Origin: Theionarchaea archaeon
GTDB taxonomy: Archaea > Methanobacteriota_B > Thermococci > Methanofastidiosales > SZ-28-30
Direction of reading: 5' to 3'
Length of the DNA stretch: 64,000 nucleotides
Assembly: GCA_018992685.1 (NCBI GenBank)
Contig: JACVGT010000013.1
Coordinates: 1 to 64,000 of the forward strand
Under the pieces are notes generated by a model, which saw only the letters and a list, made by a program, of their open reading frames with translations, searched no databases and was not told the DNA's origin. Below are positions 1-10,554 of this stretch, piece by piece. Both the position numbers and the translations under genes were made by a program. Every line of letters starts with the position of its first letter. Position 1 is the stretch's first letter.

Positions 1-76
1 TCCAAAATAATGGCAAGATATATTCCCTTGTCATTGAGGATGAAGTCTGACGAACCAATAGTAGGAGGTAAAAAAG

Positions 77-3000
77 ATGGAAAACAAACCAGCGAAGAGA
101 GGCTTAAGCCTCTTCATATGCATCATACTGATCGGAAGCCTAGTTATACTTAGTCCACGAGAAGCCAATGCACAGCCGTACGCTATTGCCGGGTTGATTT
201 ATGCTGATGTTAATATGAACAGCATATATGATCCAGCAAACGGTGATTACGTCATTTCTGGTGAGCAATGGACGGATGGAGATGGAAATGACCGATTTGA
301 CTGGATTGACGCCAATGCCAATGGACTGATGGACGCTGGAGAAGTCAGTGAAGCATTCGTTGATGATGGTCTGGACGCTGCTGGAGGTACTCGTGATCTC
401 GGGGAAGGAGATACTGTATTTGAGGGCCCCGAGGTATGGCTGGATCAGCCAAATGCACCTACATCGCCCACCTGCACCGCAAATGAGACTGCAGGGTATG
501 CTGGTGCCTTACCTGCTGCAGTGGCAGCTGGCTGGACTCACAACTTATCCAATTACATGATCAGGAATCTGCAGCCTGGTTATCACTATGTCACTGTCAG
601 ATGCCCTGGCTTTTACACTCAGACCAAGAATGTCCATGTGCTTGGCAATGTGCCTGTCAACTTCGGGTTGATTCCCTTTGATTCTGTTGCCGGACGAATT
701 GTAAAGACTGATGGAACAGGGATCTGCGGAATGTGGGTAACTGCTACTGCTCAGTCTGCCCCCTACAGCAATCAGACACCTGCCTTCAATTTGAACATGC
801 TGTCTGATGCGGTGGGTAACTACGTACTGCAGGGGTTGCCCCCAGGACAGTACAGGATTGACGTGAACAAGGCAGAGTACATTCCACAACAGAAGCTCAA
901 TATCACTGTGGATGGACAGACATATCCCAATACGCCATTCATGGTCAATGCTCACACGACCACTGGAATCGATTTCATCAACATGAGCTACAACTACGGA
1001 AGTATCACGGGGATCGTAGCAGGTCCACCCAGCGTAGTTGTTGAGGTGCCTGGACTGGGACTATCTACCACTGCCGATGCGTCAGGGAGGTACACCATAT
1101 CGAATATTCCGGCGGGCTGGTACTACGTGGTCTTCAGAGCTGAAGGCTGGTATACTGGCGTGGAATACGTTTGTGTGGCCCCTGGCCCTGCAGCTACCAA
1201 CGTGAGAGGAGGAGTCCCGTATGTAATGACTTCCTGTCCCAGCTGTCCCACTACCACCATTGAAGGATCGATAACAGATGGAATCCAGGCTATTGAGAAC
1301 GCCATTGTAGAAGTTCCTGGAATGGGCTGGATATTTCAAGGTGTAAACAATGCTGCCAACAGGAACGTCATCAGCGACAAGGCAGGGTATTATATCTACA
1401 CAGACATCGGTCCAGGAAATCCTTCTCTGAGCTATGCTACCTGGGGAGGGTTCAGATATCAGTTCACACCTACGACAGGACGGTTCTTCGTTACTGTGCG
1501 CAATGAAGCAGGAGTGGTCTTTGATGAATGGGATGACCACCACAAAAGCACTGCTAGAGCTGTGGAAGTCGTAGCAGGCAGAGTGACCAGGGCTGACTTC
1601 AAGATGGAAGAAAACCCTGACTACAAATTCGGACGCGTTGTCGATACCAATGGAATTGGTGTGGAAGGTGCCAAAGTGTACATTCCCAACAGTCCATACA
1701 CCACTGTAACAGACAGCAATGGATACTTCTTCTTGCTGCTGCCCGCAGAAACCTACTCTGAGGACTGCGAAATGTCCTGGCAAGTTAGGATAAGACCAGG
1801 CAGAAGAGCAGAAGAAACACTGCTGTGTGGGTTCAGAGACGTATTCCAGAGGTTGATTGCTGCGCCACTGCCTGTACCTGAAGCCTCAAATCCGCACAGG
1901 ATGTACAAAGCCCGCTACCTCATCAAAGCTGAGAAATCCAATTACTTCGACGCCATGTTTATTCACATTTCCTCGCCTGGCCCAAAGGGAGTCAATCGAC
2001 CACCTCTGGATGAACAAGGGATACCCCGAGCCCCGGTAGACGATTGCGAACAGTGTATGAATGGCATTGTCATGACCATCAAAGCAGGTATCCTTAAAGG
2101 TCAGATCAAGGATGCCACAGGTAGTTACCTGAATGATGGATTCCTTTTCGTATGCGGAAGAGATATCCCCATCAGAGCCAATGGATGGTTTGAAAGCCTA
2201 GAAATGCCTGTAGGCACATACACTGCTGTGGTCACTGATGCCACAAAGTTGCAGGTTCTCGGTGTGATAGAAGGTGTTCAGGTCAAATATGACCAGATAA
2301 CCTACAAGAACGTGACGCTGCCCGCTACACCCCCAGGAAAGTTCATCTCAGGATTCGTTTACCACAACACTGTGAGAACAACTGTGGGACCTGACGCACC
2401 TGTTGATGGCACTGGTGCCTGGCAGGGATATATCATACCTGACCAGAATCTCTATTCCCCAGGGACAACGTTCCAGCCTGGAGAAGGAATATCAGGAGTA
2501 GCAGTGAAGACGACCTTTGGAGGCATCACCGCATACACTGACAGCTATGGGTTCTACATCATCAAGAACGTCATTCTACCCTCAGGGACATCCACGACCA
2601 CTATTGTGGCTACGAAAGCCGACTATGTCACACTGGCCAACCCCTCAGTAGGTCCTTCAGACGGGCTAAACTTCGTCAATGGGTTTGCGGGAGATTCAGG
2701 AGCAACTGTTTTCCCCATGTCCAAGCGACGAGGTACACTGAACGGGAGAGTGGTTAATGACGATGGTCGAGATGTTTCTGGCGCAGTGGTCTCAGTGTGG
2801 ATACCATGGGAACGGAAGGACGAAACCGACACCAATGGATTTTACATCTTCGAGAACCTGGAAATCGGCTCTTACTTGATGAAAATCTGTGGTGGAGGTG
2901 ATTGTGGTATTGACTACTGGGTTACTTACAGTGTCAACGAGTTTGGCCAGGGAGAGCCAGTCGTCCTCAACAGCATCGTGACCAAGGATTTCACCTACAA

Positions 3001-6000
3001 GAAGAGAACAGGGAGAGTCCATGGATTCGTCACTGATGTAGGAGGAAGTGTACTGGAAGATGTGAAAGTCGAGCTCTCAGGAAAGTACACTACGCTGACA
3101 GACTGCAGAGGATACTACACCGTGCTCAATGTGCCGACGGGAACGCACACGGGAACTGCATACAAGGCAGGTTACCAGATGCGGAAGTACCATGATCAGA
3201 ATGCCAGTATCGGCATTGGATGGTCGTGGTTCGGTGGTATTCCAGTACGAGCAGATTGGGCTGCAGTAGGTGCAGTACTACCTCCCATAGTACCCAACCC
3301 ACCGGCAGGTAATTTCCCCCTGCTGGTAATGACTGGTACGCCCACAACAGGATGGATCAGTGGATATCTCACTCTGGAACTCACTGATGGATTCTGTGAT
3401 GTCAACGTCAGAGTAAATCCAAGCGGCCAAGAAGCAGTAACGGACAGTGAAGGGTACTACCTCATTCTGAATGTACAGCCCTGGGATCAGTACTATCTGC
3501 ACATGGAGATCACCAACTACCTGGTCGAAACACAGGGACCCATTGCAGTCAGCGCAGGAATAGAGACCAAGGTCATCACATCCCACCTGAAACGGTACTC
3601 CTGCAATGTATCTGGATACATTCGGGAAGGATCGACACCGGTTGCGGGTGTGCAGGTCAAACTGTCTGACATGCAGAGAACACAGCTCGAATCATCCCTG
3701 TATGGTAGACATCTGGGATACTATATTACCACCACCGATGGAGCCGGATACTACGAATTCAAGGATGTGCCCTGGTCAGATGCGCAGGTATCTGATCTCA
3801 ACAAGACTTGGGCATGGAGTGTAGTAGCCCAGAAGACAGACTACTATGTTGGCGTCCTCAATGTTGTTGTGGTCTATCCAGACTGCAACGTAACAAATGC
3901 CAATATGGATTTGGTGTCCATGAATGGTGGTATCTCCGGTACTGTGACCTGGGACCCAAGCTGTGCTACTGAAGCAACAGTCACTGTGGCACAGGTTTTG
4001 GGTGGATCAGGAAGTGGAAGTGCCACTGTCAGCAACAGCGGCGACACCTACCTGATTAGTAATCTGCCCCCTGGCGCCTATGACGTGACTGCTACAGCAG
4101 GAAGCTGTGGCTTGGCAAATGCAGTCCCACCTCCGCCATATACCGGCGCATATGCTGTTCCTGTAAACTCTATCAAGACGGACATTGATTTCGCCTTCCA
4201 GAGTGCAGGAGCTCCTCAGCCGCCACCTGACCCACCTTCATTGGTAGCCCCAAGTAGTGGAGCCTCAGGTACCAGTTGTACTCCCACGCTGGACTGGAAT
4301 GATTCCACAGGTGCAACTGCCTACACTGTGCAGCTCTCTGTGTCTTCAGGCTTCAGTTCCACCGTGGTCAACCAGACAGTCAGCTCATCACAGTACACTG
4401 TCCCCGCAACAACCTTGACCAGTTATACCACGTATTACTGGCGCGTCAATGCCAGCAACGTCAATGGTACCAGCGGATGGTCCTCTGTATGGCACTTCAC
4501 GACTGGCGATTGTGGTGGAGCAACTGTACCCAACGCACCTACGCTGGTAGCGCCCAGTAATGGAGCCACCGATGTAAGCTGTGCACCCACCTTGGACTGG
4601 AACGACTCTGGAGGAGCTACATCATACACCGTGCAGATCTCCACCAGCAGTGCTTTCGGGTCTACATTGGTCAATGAGACAGTGTCGGTATCGACCTACA
4701 CAGTCCCCAACGGAACACTTTCAGGCCAAACCACGTACTACTGGCGGGTCAGCGCATCCAACTCAGCAGGCACCAGTGGCTGGTCTTCAGTGTGGAACTT
4801 CACCACAGGTGACTGCGGCTATGTCTGCCCGGGTAATGTGTGCGGTCACACAGATCCCCCTGAATGTACTGTACGGGCATACTTAGCAGGACACCTGAAA
4901 GATTCTGCAGCACCGTACTTCTACGAGACCACCTCAGACACCAACGGCGACTTCTACTTCAACCTGCCCACCACGTCCTGGGATCCTTTGTATGAACAGG
5001 AAAGAGAACCTTCCCTGTACAACATTGTGGTCTCCAAAGATGGGTATGTCGTTCAGTTCAAGACAGTAGAAGTAAGCAGTCTTACCGTTACCTGGTACGA
5101 CAATGCAGGCGGTGTTTCAGATGGCAACTTCACTCTTGGAAGCACGGGAACTGATATCTCAGGAACAGTCACTGATGGAACCTCCGGAATGCAGACTGTT
5201 GCAGTGAGAGCCTTTGACAAAGACTTCAAAGGAAGTCTTGTGAAAGTAGCTTCAGCCACAACAGATGCTTCAGGTGACTACACACTGACCTCATTACCCA
5301 CGGGAAGAACATACATTGTCAGTGCAAGCAAGGCCAACTATACCATCAAGAGCAATAACGTCAGTGCAACGACGAGCTCCAACAACTACACACTGCAGCA
5401 GGCAGATGGATCTTCAGTGATCTCCTACACAATCAAACTGAGATTCAATCCGGCAGACACACTGTATGACAAAGGGTGGAACATGGTGTCCATACCACTT
5501 AATGTAGATGCGAACACGCCACTCGCTGTCCTCATGTATGAACATGATGACAAGTGGATGCAGATGACCAGGTTGAGACCTGGAACTGGATTCACACCAC
5601 CTGGACACGCTTCAGGTGGAGCATGGCAGATCTACCCCAACTCTCCCTTTGCATCAGGGTCTGACAATGTGTTCACGCTGCACGAAACCACCTACAATGC
5701 TCAACCCTACAGGTACGGGTACTGGATCAAGGTAACAGGGAACTCAGCTGAAATAACATATGATTGGGTTGTCATTGGCACACCCAATACTCAGAAGACA
5801 ATTCAACTGAGAGCTGGATGGAACCTTATCGGACTCGCAACACAGACCAACAATCAGTCATTCACAAACGGAGGACAGATAACGTTCAGTCCCACTGCAC
5901 TGCTCCAGGTGTGGTCATTCGACGCTTATGCTGCAGGTGATACGCAACTAGGGACGCACTGGTACGCCTATATCGTTCAGGGATACCAGTCATCAGGGTT

Positions 6001-6070
6001 TACGGTGATGAAAATCGGACTAGCGTATTACGTGTACGTCTCACAAGACTGTACCATGTCCTACGCTTAG
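77..6070 (+). CDS. Giant secreted/cell-surface protein with many carboxypeptidase-regulatory-like (CnaB-type) beta-sandwich repeats and two FN3-like repeats
   Basis: 1997 aa; GGAGGT RBS upstream; signal peptide ending in ANA|Q; recurring G.V.....G...V.......TD..G.Y units; DxNxN/DxDGN Ca-loop-like motifs near the N-terminus; GWNMVSIP and GWNLIGL motifs near the C-terminus. Confidence 0.85.
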   Translation: MENKPAKRGLSLFICIILIGSLVILSPREANAQPYAIAGLIYADVNMNSIYDPANGDYVISGEQWTDGDGNDRFDWIDANANGLMDAGEVSEAFVDDGLDAAGGTRDLGEGDTVFEGPEVWLDQPNAPTSPTCTANETAGYAGALPAAVAAGWTHNLSNYMIRNLQPGYHYVTVRCPGFYTQTKNVHVLGNVPVNFGLIPFDSVAGRIVKTDGTGICGMWVTATAQSAPYSNQTPAFNLNMLSDAVGNYVLQGLPPGQYRIDVNKAEYIPQQKLNITVDGQTYPNTPFMVNAHTTTGIDFINMSYNYGSITGIVAGPPSVVVEVPGLGLSTTADASGRYTISNIPAGWYYVVFRAEGWYTGVEYVCVAPGPAATNVRGGVPYVMTSCPSCPTTTIEGSITDGIQAIENAIVEVPGMGWIFQGVNNAANRNVISDKAGYYIYTDIGPGNPSLSYATWGGFRYQFTPTTGRFFVTVRNEAGVVFDEWDDHHKSTARAVEVVAGRVTRADFKMEENPDYKFGRVVDTNGIGVEGAKVYIPNSPYTTVTDSNGYFFLLLPAETYSEDCEMSWQVRIRPGRRAEETLLCGFRDVFQRLIAAPLPVPEASNPHRMYKARYLIKAEKSNYFDAMFIHISSPGPKGVNRPPLDEQGIPRAPVDDCEQCMNGIVMTIKAGILKGQIKDATGSYLNDGFLFVCGRDIPIRANGWFESLEMPVGTYTAVVTDATKLQVLGVIEGVQVKYDQITYKNVTLPATPPGKFISGFVYHNTVRTTVGPDAPVDGTGAWQGYIIPDQNLYSPGTTFQPGEGISGVAVKTTFGGITAYTDSYGFYIIKNVILPSGTSTTTIVATKADYVTLANPSVGPSDGLNFVNGFAGDSGATVFPMSKRRGTLNGRVVNDDGRDVSGAVVSVWIPWERKDETDTNGFYIFENLEIGSYLMKICGGGDCGIDYWVTYSVNEFGQGEPVVLNSIVTKDFTYKKRTGRVHGFVTDVGGSVLEDVKVELSGKYTTLTDCRGYYTVLNVPTGTHTGTAYKAGYQMRKYHDQNASIGIGWSWFGGIPVRADWAAVGAVLPPIVPNPPAGNFPLLVMTGTPTTGWISGYLTLELTDGFCDVNVRVNPSGQEAVTDSEGYYLILNVQPWDQYYLHMEITNYLVETQGPIAVSAGIETKVITSHLKRYSCNVSGYIREGSTPVAGVQVKLSDMQRTQLESSLYGRHLGYYITTTDGAGYYEFKDVPWSDAQVSDLNKTWAWSVVAQKTDYYVGVLNVVVVYPDCNVTNANMDLVSMNGGISGTVTWDPSCATEATVTVAQVLGGSGSGSATVSNSGDTYLISNLPPGAYDVTATAGSCGLANAVPPPPYTGAYAVPVNSIKTDIDFAFQSAGAPQPPPDPPSLVAPSSGASGTSCTPTLDWNDSTGATAYTVQLSVSSGFSSTVVNQTVSSSQYTVPATTLTSYTTYYWRVNASNVNGTSGWSSVWHFTTGDCGGATVPNAPTLVAPSNGATDVSCAPTLDWNDSGGATSYTVQISTSSAFGSTLVNETVSVSTYTVPNGTLSGQTTYYWRVSASNSAGTSGWSSVWNFTTGDCGYVCPGNVCGHTDPPECTVRAYLAGHLKDSAAPYFYETTSDTNGDFYFNLPTTSWDPLYEQEREPSLYNIVVSKDGYVVQFKTVEVSSLTVTWYDNAGGVSDGNFTLGSTGTDISGTVTDGTSGMQTVAVRAFDKDFKGSLVKVASATTDASGDYTLTSLPTGRTYIVSASKANYTIKSNNVSATTSSNNYTLQQADGSSVISYTIKLRFNPADTLYDKGWNMVSIPLNVDANTPLAVLMYEHDDKWMQMTRLRPGTGFTPPGHASGGAWQIYPNSPFASGSDNVFTLHETTYNAQPYRYGYWIKVTGNSAEITYDWVVIGTPNTQKTIQLRAGWNLIGLATQTNNQSFTNGGQITFSPTALLQVWSFDAYAAGDTQLGTHWYAYIVQGYQSSGFTVMKIGLAYYVYVSQDCTMSYA
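4226..4819 (+). repeat. Tandem intragenic duplication of an FN3-like domain (2 x 97 aa; 4226-4516 and 4529-4819)
   Basis: Both copies read P.LVAPS.GA...SC.PTLDWNDS.GAT.YTVQ.S...TTYYWRV.ASN..GTSGWSSVW.FTTGDCG. Confidence 0.9.
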
Positions 6071-6126
6071 GTTGTGCCCCAAAGCGCAACCTTTATATTT
6101 TTCTCATCCAAAGGAACGTGATCAAA

Positions 6127-7719
6127 ATGAAAAAACTGATGGTATTGGCACTGGTGATGGTAGTAGTAGGAGTAGGAGTGATGCTGAACGTCGAAGCCGT
6201 GCCTACTGTACCCCCTATTCCAAGTATTTCCCCCACAAATCCGCCGGCGACCGAGCCTCCATCCGATGGAGGTGGGATTAAGACACCCACGGTTGAAGGG
6301 CTGCAGAAGTTTGAGGTAATCTCTGCGGAGGAGATCATGGAGGGGTATGCAGGCAGTTCTATTGACTACAATCTAAAGGTCATCCAGAAGGGATACCCTA
6401 ACCTCACAGTCACCCTTACTGCTGAAGTCCCCGATAAGTGGAAAGCCAGTTTCTCAAAGAATGATTTTATCCTCAAAGCGGATGATGCAGTGGAGCTACA
6501 ACTCTCTCTGTCCCTGCCAGAAACCATCTCTGCCGAGCAGCATGAGATCAAGATCCATGCAACGGGGAAAGGGGAAGAGAAAACGGTGGAAGTAGAAGAC
6601 TCAGTTACTGTGACTGCCATGACATACCTTGTGGACGTTGGCCTGACCAACTTCCAGCTCACACCGCCAAATCCCCAGGTGGGAGAATCAGTAACCATCT
6701 CTGTGACTGCTGTGAATTTCACCCAGAGGGCAATCTCCAACGTCGTGGTGGAACTTGTGGTGAACAGCACGCTTGCTTCCAGACAGACCATAGACTTGGA
6801 TGGTGGCATTTCTCAACCCATGACCTTTGGATGGAGGGCAGAATCTGGCACATTCAATCTCGTGGTGAGAGCTCAGGCTTCTGGTGACAACAATCGCAAG
6901 AATGACAGCGTAAGTCAGAGAATAACTCTTGGCGAGGCAACAGGCCAAGCTGACTCGCTGTTCAGCCAGGGATTGAGTCTGTTTACACAGGGGAAATATA
7001 CTCAAGCACAGAGCCTGTTCTCCAATGCCGCTATCCGCTACGTAGAAGTAGGAGATAGTGAGAGAGCAATGCAGGCCACCCAGTATGAGGAACTGTGCAG
7101 TTCTTACGTGAATGCACAGAATCTGATGAGCCAGGGAGACAGCGCATTCAATGCTGGTGACTTTGAAATGGCTGCCCAGTACTACACCCAAGCCAGAGAC
7201 AAGTACATGGAGATCGGTGACACAGATTTGCAGAGTGCAGCTCAGGAGAAGCTGGACAACGCCCTCGCTTCTACAGGATTTCCCATTGACATGAAGTATG
7301 TGGGGATCTCTGTGGCAGCTGTGGCAGTGATTGCTCTGGTGACCCTGTTGATCTCCAGAAGAAGAGGCCGCCCCATGCGCCCCGTTGAATCGTCTGCATC
7401 TCGATTCCGTCTGGAAGAACCCGAATCTGAGGCCCCAGCCCCACCAAGTAGCAGACCGGTGAGCACTTCTGCAAGAGAAGCTGCGCCTGCCCGTGACGTC
7501 TCACCCGCAGAACTAGTGCAATTCCATCAGAAGACTGAGGATGCGCTGAGCAGGTTCTCCAAATCATACATACGTGGGAACCTTCAGCAAGCCATGCGGG
7601 TCTATCTCTCACTGGAAGGAGAGAAAAAGCAGCTTCCGAGAGGAAGAGATCTGGAACTGGAGAGAATCATCAATGCCAATCTGAAGGAGCTAGAACACAG
7701 AATATTTGGTACTTTCTAA
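6127..7719 (+). CDS. Single-pass membrane protein: Ig-like/CARDB ectodomain, TPR-like helices, TM helix and cytoplasmic tail
   Basis: Signal peptide MKKLMVLALV; CARDB-like DVGLTNFQLTPPNPQVGE...DNNRKND; TPR-like helices; TM YVGISVAAVAVIALVTLLI followed by RRR; CTTTATAT box near 6091. Confidence 0.75.
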   Translation: MKKLMVLALVMVVVGVGVMLNVEAVPTVPPIPSISPTNPPATEPPSDGGGIKTPTVEGLQKFEVISAEEIMEGYAGSSIDYNLKVIQKGYPNLTVTLTAEVPDKWKASFSKNDFILKADDAVELQLSLSLPETISAEQHEIKIHATGKGEEKTVEVEDSVTVTAMTYLVDVGLTNFQLTPPNPQVGESVTISVTAVNFTQRAISNVVVELVVNSTLASRQTIDLDGGISQPMTFGWRAESGTFNLVVRAQASGDNNRKNDSVSQRITLGEATGQADSLFSQGLSLFTQGKYTQAQSLFSNAAIRYVEVGDSERAMQATQYEELCSSYVNAQNLMSQGDSAFNAGDFEMAAQYYTQARDKYMEIGDTDLQSAAQEKLDNALASTGFPIDMKYVGISVAAVAVIALVTLLISRRRGRPMRPVESSASRFRLEEPESEAPAPPSSRPVSTSAREAAPARDVSPAELVQFHQKTEDALSRFSKSYIRGNLQQAMRVYLSLEGEKKQLPRGRDLELERIINANLKELEHRIFGTF

Positions 7720-7767
7720 TTCTTATCTTCTAATTTTTTGTCATTTTTTTTACCCATTTTTTCATTC
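7720..7767 (+). terminator. Oligo-T terminator
   Basis: Several T6-T8 runs right after the stop codon, between convergent genes. Confidence 0.6.
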
Positions 7768-7852
7768 AACATGAATCTCGTACATAGTACAATAACCTTG
7801 CCAAATCTTTATGGTAATTCAAAATGAACACCACCTTATGACCTGATCCTTC

Positions 7853-8170
7853 TCACTCACACATCTCACAGGCTTTTGCGACTGTCTCTTTCAATTGTTC
7901 GTACTTTCTCAGCAACCTTTCACCTTCCTCAGTTAGACATGAACTCCCCCCTGATTTTCCTCCCCTTTTTCTCTCCACAACCTGCTTTCCAACATTCTTC
8001 TCTATGTGCCTGATTTTTCTCCATGCATGAGCGTATGATATGTTGAGAAGGTGGGCTGCCTCAGAAAGAGATCCTCTCTCTTTTATAGCCTGCAACAGCT
8101 GGGCTGTCCCTTCTCCCAGGAGGAATTTTCCCTGCTGGGACTCGAGCCAAATCTTATAACGCGGACGCAT
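7853..8170 (-). CDS. ModE-family winged-helix transcriptional regulator (DNA-binding domain only)
   Basis: KIWLE...GEG..QLL.AI.E.GSLS.AA..L.ISY..AW..I...E.......VE.KRGG.SGG.S.LT.EG. Confidence 0.85.
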   Translation of the reverse strand: MRPRYKIWLESQQGKFLLGEGTAQLLQAIKERGSLSEAAHLLNISYAHAWRKIRHIEKNVGKQVVERKRGGKSGGSSCLTEEGERLLRKYEQLKETVAKACEMCE

Positions 8171-8174
8171 GTAT

Positions 8175-9242
8175 TCACATCCACATGCCCAGTATAGCCA
8201 CAGTGTTGTTTATGATATGAAAAAGAATGGAAGGATACAGTGACTGGGTTTTCTCATATACAAAGGCAAGGATTACTCCTGCCATCACGGCGTAGGGAAT
8301 CTGCCAGGGGATCATGTGATAGGTGCCAAAAAACAAGGCAGACACCAGAATGCCTTTTTTCACTCCATATTTTCTTCTAAGCGCTGAATAGGCAAATCCT
8401 CTGAAAAAAATCTCTTCACCCACTGGGCCCACGATTGCCAGATTGAGGCTCATGACTAGGGGATTTCCGGACACCAACTGCTCAACAAGCTCTTTCAGGG
8501 GGAATTGGCCCAAAAATCTTTCTGTAATGCGGTATACCAACTCATTCCCCAGTACCAAGACAACTAAGAGAGGAAGAGTCTTCATAACCCACAGGGTTTG
8601 CGGGTTTTTGAAACCCAGGGCCTTCACTGTCCTTTCATAGGGATACAGGACTAGAATCACAGGAAGCACAATGAAAAGAGATGAACCTGCCAGTGAAGAG
8701 ACTGTTTCAGAAACAAATGCAAGAAGAGTCGACAATACGAGAAAGGCCACAGCGATAATCAACACAGGCGTTCCACCCCAGTTTACTTCCCCTGGGAGCA
8801 CAGGATTCAACGGTTTCCTCTCAATGAACAGTCTGACACCCAGCACCACGAAGGTAGAAAGGCAGGCCACAGCTGCCAGGAGAACACCGAGGCCAGAGAG
8901 TAACGTTCCCAGAAAGAAGACAGCAGACCAGAAGACAGGCAGTGAACTCCCCAATCCCAACAAGCCCACTGCTCCTATAATCCAAGATATACCCAGAATA
9001 GCTACTGCAAAAAAAGATACCACAAATACTTTTTCTGAAGTGCTGTGAATCTTGAGCCTGTCCTCTATCTGCCTGCGTTTGATGATGGCCACTAGAATTG
9101 CCAACCCATCCAGAAAGAAGAACGTGAGTCCCACACCAAGGATAAGGGTGCGGTGAGCTTCTGCCCACCCTGTGAGTGTGGCAATCAAATCCATTCCTAT
9201 CTCCTCTTGCTGGAGAGAAACGAGAAGCGCTAACCAGTGCAT
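8175..9242 (-). CDS. CPBP (Abi/CAAX) intramembrane metalloprotease
   Basis: GPVGEEIFFRG, FGTYH and HIINN motifs; multi-TM; alternative start at 9194. Confidence 0.9.
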   Translation of the reverse strand: MHWLALLVSLQQEEIGMDLIATLTGWAEAHRTLILGVGLTFFFLDGLAILVAIIKRRQIEDRLKIHSTSEKVFVVSFFAVAILGISWIIGAVGLLGLGSSLPVFWSAVFFLGTLLSGLGVLLAAVACLSTFVVLGVRLFIERKPLNPVLPGEVNWGGTPVLIIAVAFLVLSTLLAFVSETVSSLAGSSLFIVLPVILVLYPYERTVKALGFKNPQTLWVMKTLPLLVVLVLGNELVYRITERFLGQFPLKELVEQLVSGNPLVMSLNLAIVGPVGEEIFFRGFAYSALRRKYGVKKGILVSALFFGTYHMIPWQIPYAVMAGVILAFVYEKTQSLYPSILFHIINNTVAILGMWM

Positions 9243-9312
9243 TATTGTACTTTACTGTGCCATTTTAAAAAGGTTCTCACAGTCCTGCATCAATCCCCAC
9301 CAGTATCGATGT

Positions 9313-10548
9313 TCACTGTCCATATGTAGCACTATCTTCAAGGACTTCTTCAATTCTGAGGAGTTCGTTGTATTTTGCCGTTCGTTCTCCCCGAGCAGGT
9401 GCTCCCGCTTTGATCCATCCGCAGTTGAGGGCCACTGCCAGATGAGATATAAAGGTGTCTTCAGTCTCTCCAGATCTGTGGGACACTATCACCTGATAGT
9501 CATTGTCACATGCCAGGCCTGCAGCGTCACAAGCCTCTGAAAGCGTCCCGATCTGATTCACTTTCAGCAAAAGAGCATTGCACATACCGGTTTCGATGCC
9601 CTTCTTGAGTCGCTGGGGATTGCTCACAAAAAGGTCGTCACCTACCAGCATGATTCTGTCCCCCAATGCTGCAGTCGCACTCTGAAATCCTGCAGTGTCC
9701 TCCTCAAAAAGTGCATCTTCAATGGACACGATGGGATAGGTGTCTACCAGCTCCAGATATACTTCTATGAGCTCATCTGTGGTCAAAGGCCTTTCCTCAA
9801 GGGAATAGATCTTTCGTGCAGAATCATAGAAATAAGAAGGAGCACAATCAAGAGCTAATTTCACCTCATCTTCATATCCCAGCCTCTGCACTGCCTCTAT
9901 GATGGCATCGAGTGGTTCATGAACTTTGTCCATCTTAGGGGAGAATCCTCCTTCGTCGCCCAGTGATTGCTTTCCTCCCAGAATCGTTTCCAGCTCGTGG
10001 TATACCTCTGAGCCCATTCTCAAGGCCTCGGCAAAAGATGAAGCCCCCACGGGTGCAATCATGAACTCCTGGAAGTCCAGATGGTTGGAAGCGTGAGCTC
10101 CTCCATTAATGACGTTGAACATGGGCACAGGGAGGGTAGTTCCCTGTGGATTCAAGTAGCTGAACAGAGGGACCTGCAACCCATGGGCAGCACATCTTGC
10201 TGCAGCCAAAGAGACAGCCAGGATAGCATTGGCACCAAGGTTGGACTTGTAGTCTGTCCCATCGAGTTCCACCATCGATTCATCAATTCCTCTCTGATCT
10301 TCCACATCCTTGCCCACCATAAGCCCCGCTATCTTTTCGTTCACATTCGTGACCGCTGTCCTCACCCCTTTCCCTTGATAGTACTCCTTGTTGTCGTCTC
10401 TCAGTTCGCAGGCTTCATGGGCACCTGTTGAAGCACCAGAAGGGACTGACGCTCGTCCCCAATCGTTCTCTGTATATACCTCTGCTTCCACCGTGGGATT
10501 TCCTCTACTGTCCACAATCTGACGGGCTATAACCTTTCTTATTTTCAT
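9313..10548 (-). CDS. eno: Enolase
   Basis: DSRGNPTVEAEV, VPSGASTG, LGANAILAVS, GDEGGF, LLKVNQIGTLSE, SHRSGETED, RTAKYNELLRIEE. Confidence 0.98.
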   Translation of the reverse strand: MKIRKVIARQIVDSRGNPTVEAEVYTENDWGRASVPSGASTGAHEACELRDDNKEYYQGKGVRTAVTNVNEKIAGLMVGKDVEDQRGIDESMVELDGTDYKSNLGANAILAVSLAAARCAAHGLQVPLFSYLNPQGTTLPVPMFNVINGGAHASNHLDFQEFMIAPVGASSFAEALRMGSEVYHELETILGGKQSLGDEGGFSPKMDKVHEPLDAIIEAVQRLGYEDEVKLALDCAPSYFYDSARKIYSLEERPLTTDELIEVYLELVDTYPIVSIEDALFEEDTAGFQSATAALGDRIMLVGDDLFVSNPQRLKKGIETGMCNALLLKVNQIGTLSEACDAAGLACDNDYQVIVSHRSGETEDTFISHLAVALNCGWIKAGAPARGERTAKYNELLRIEEVLEDSATYGQ

Positions 10549-10554
10549 TTTGTG

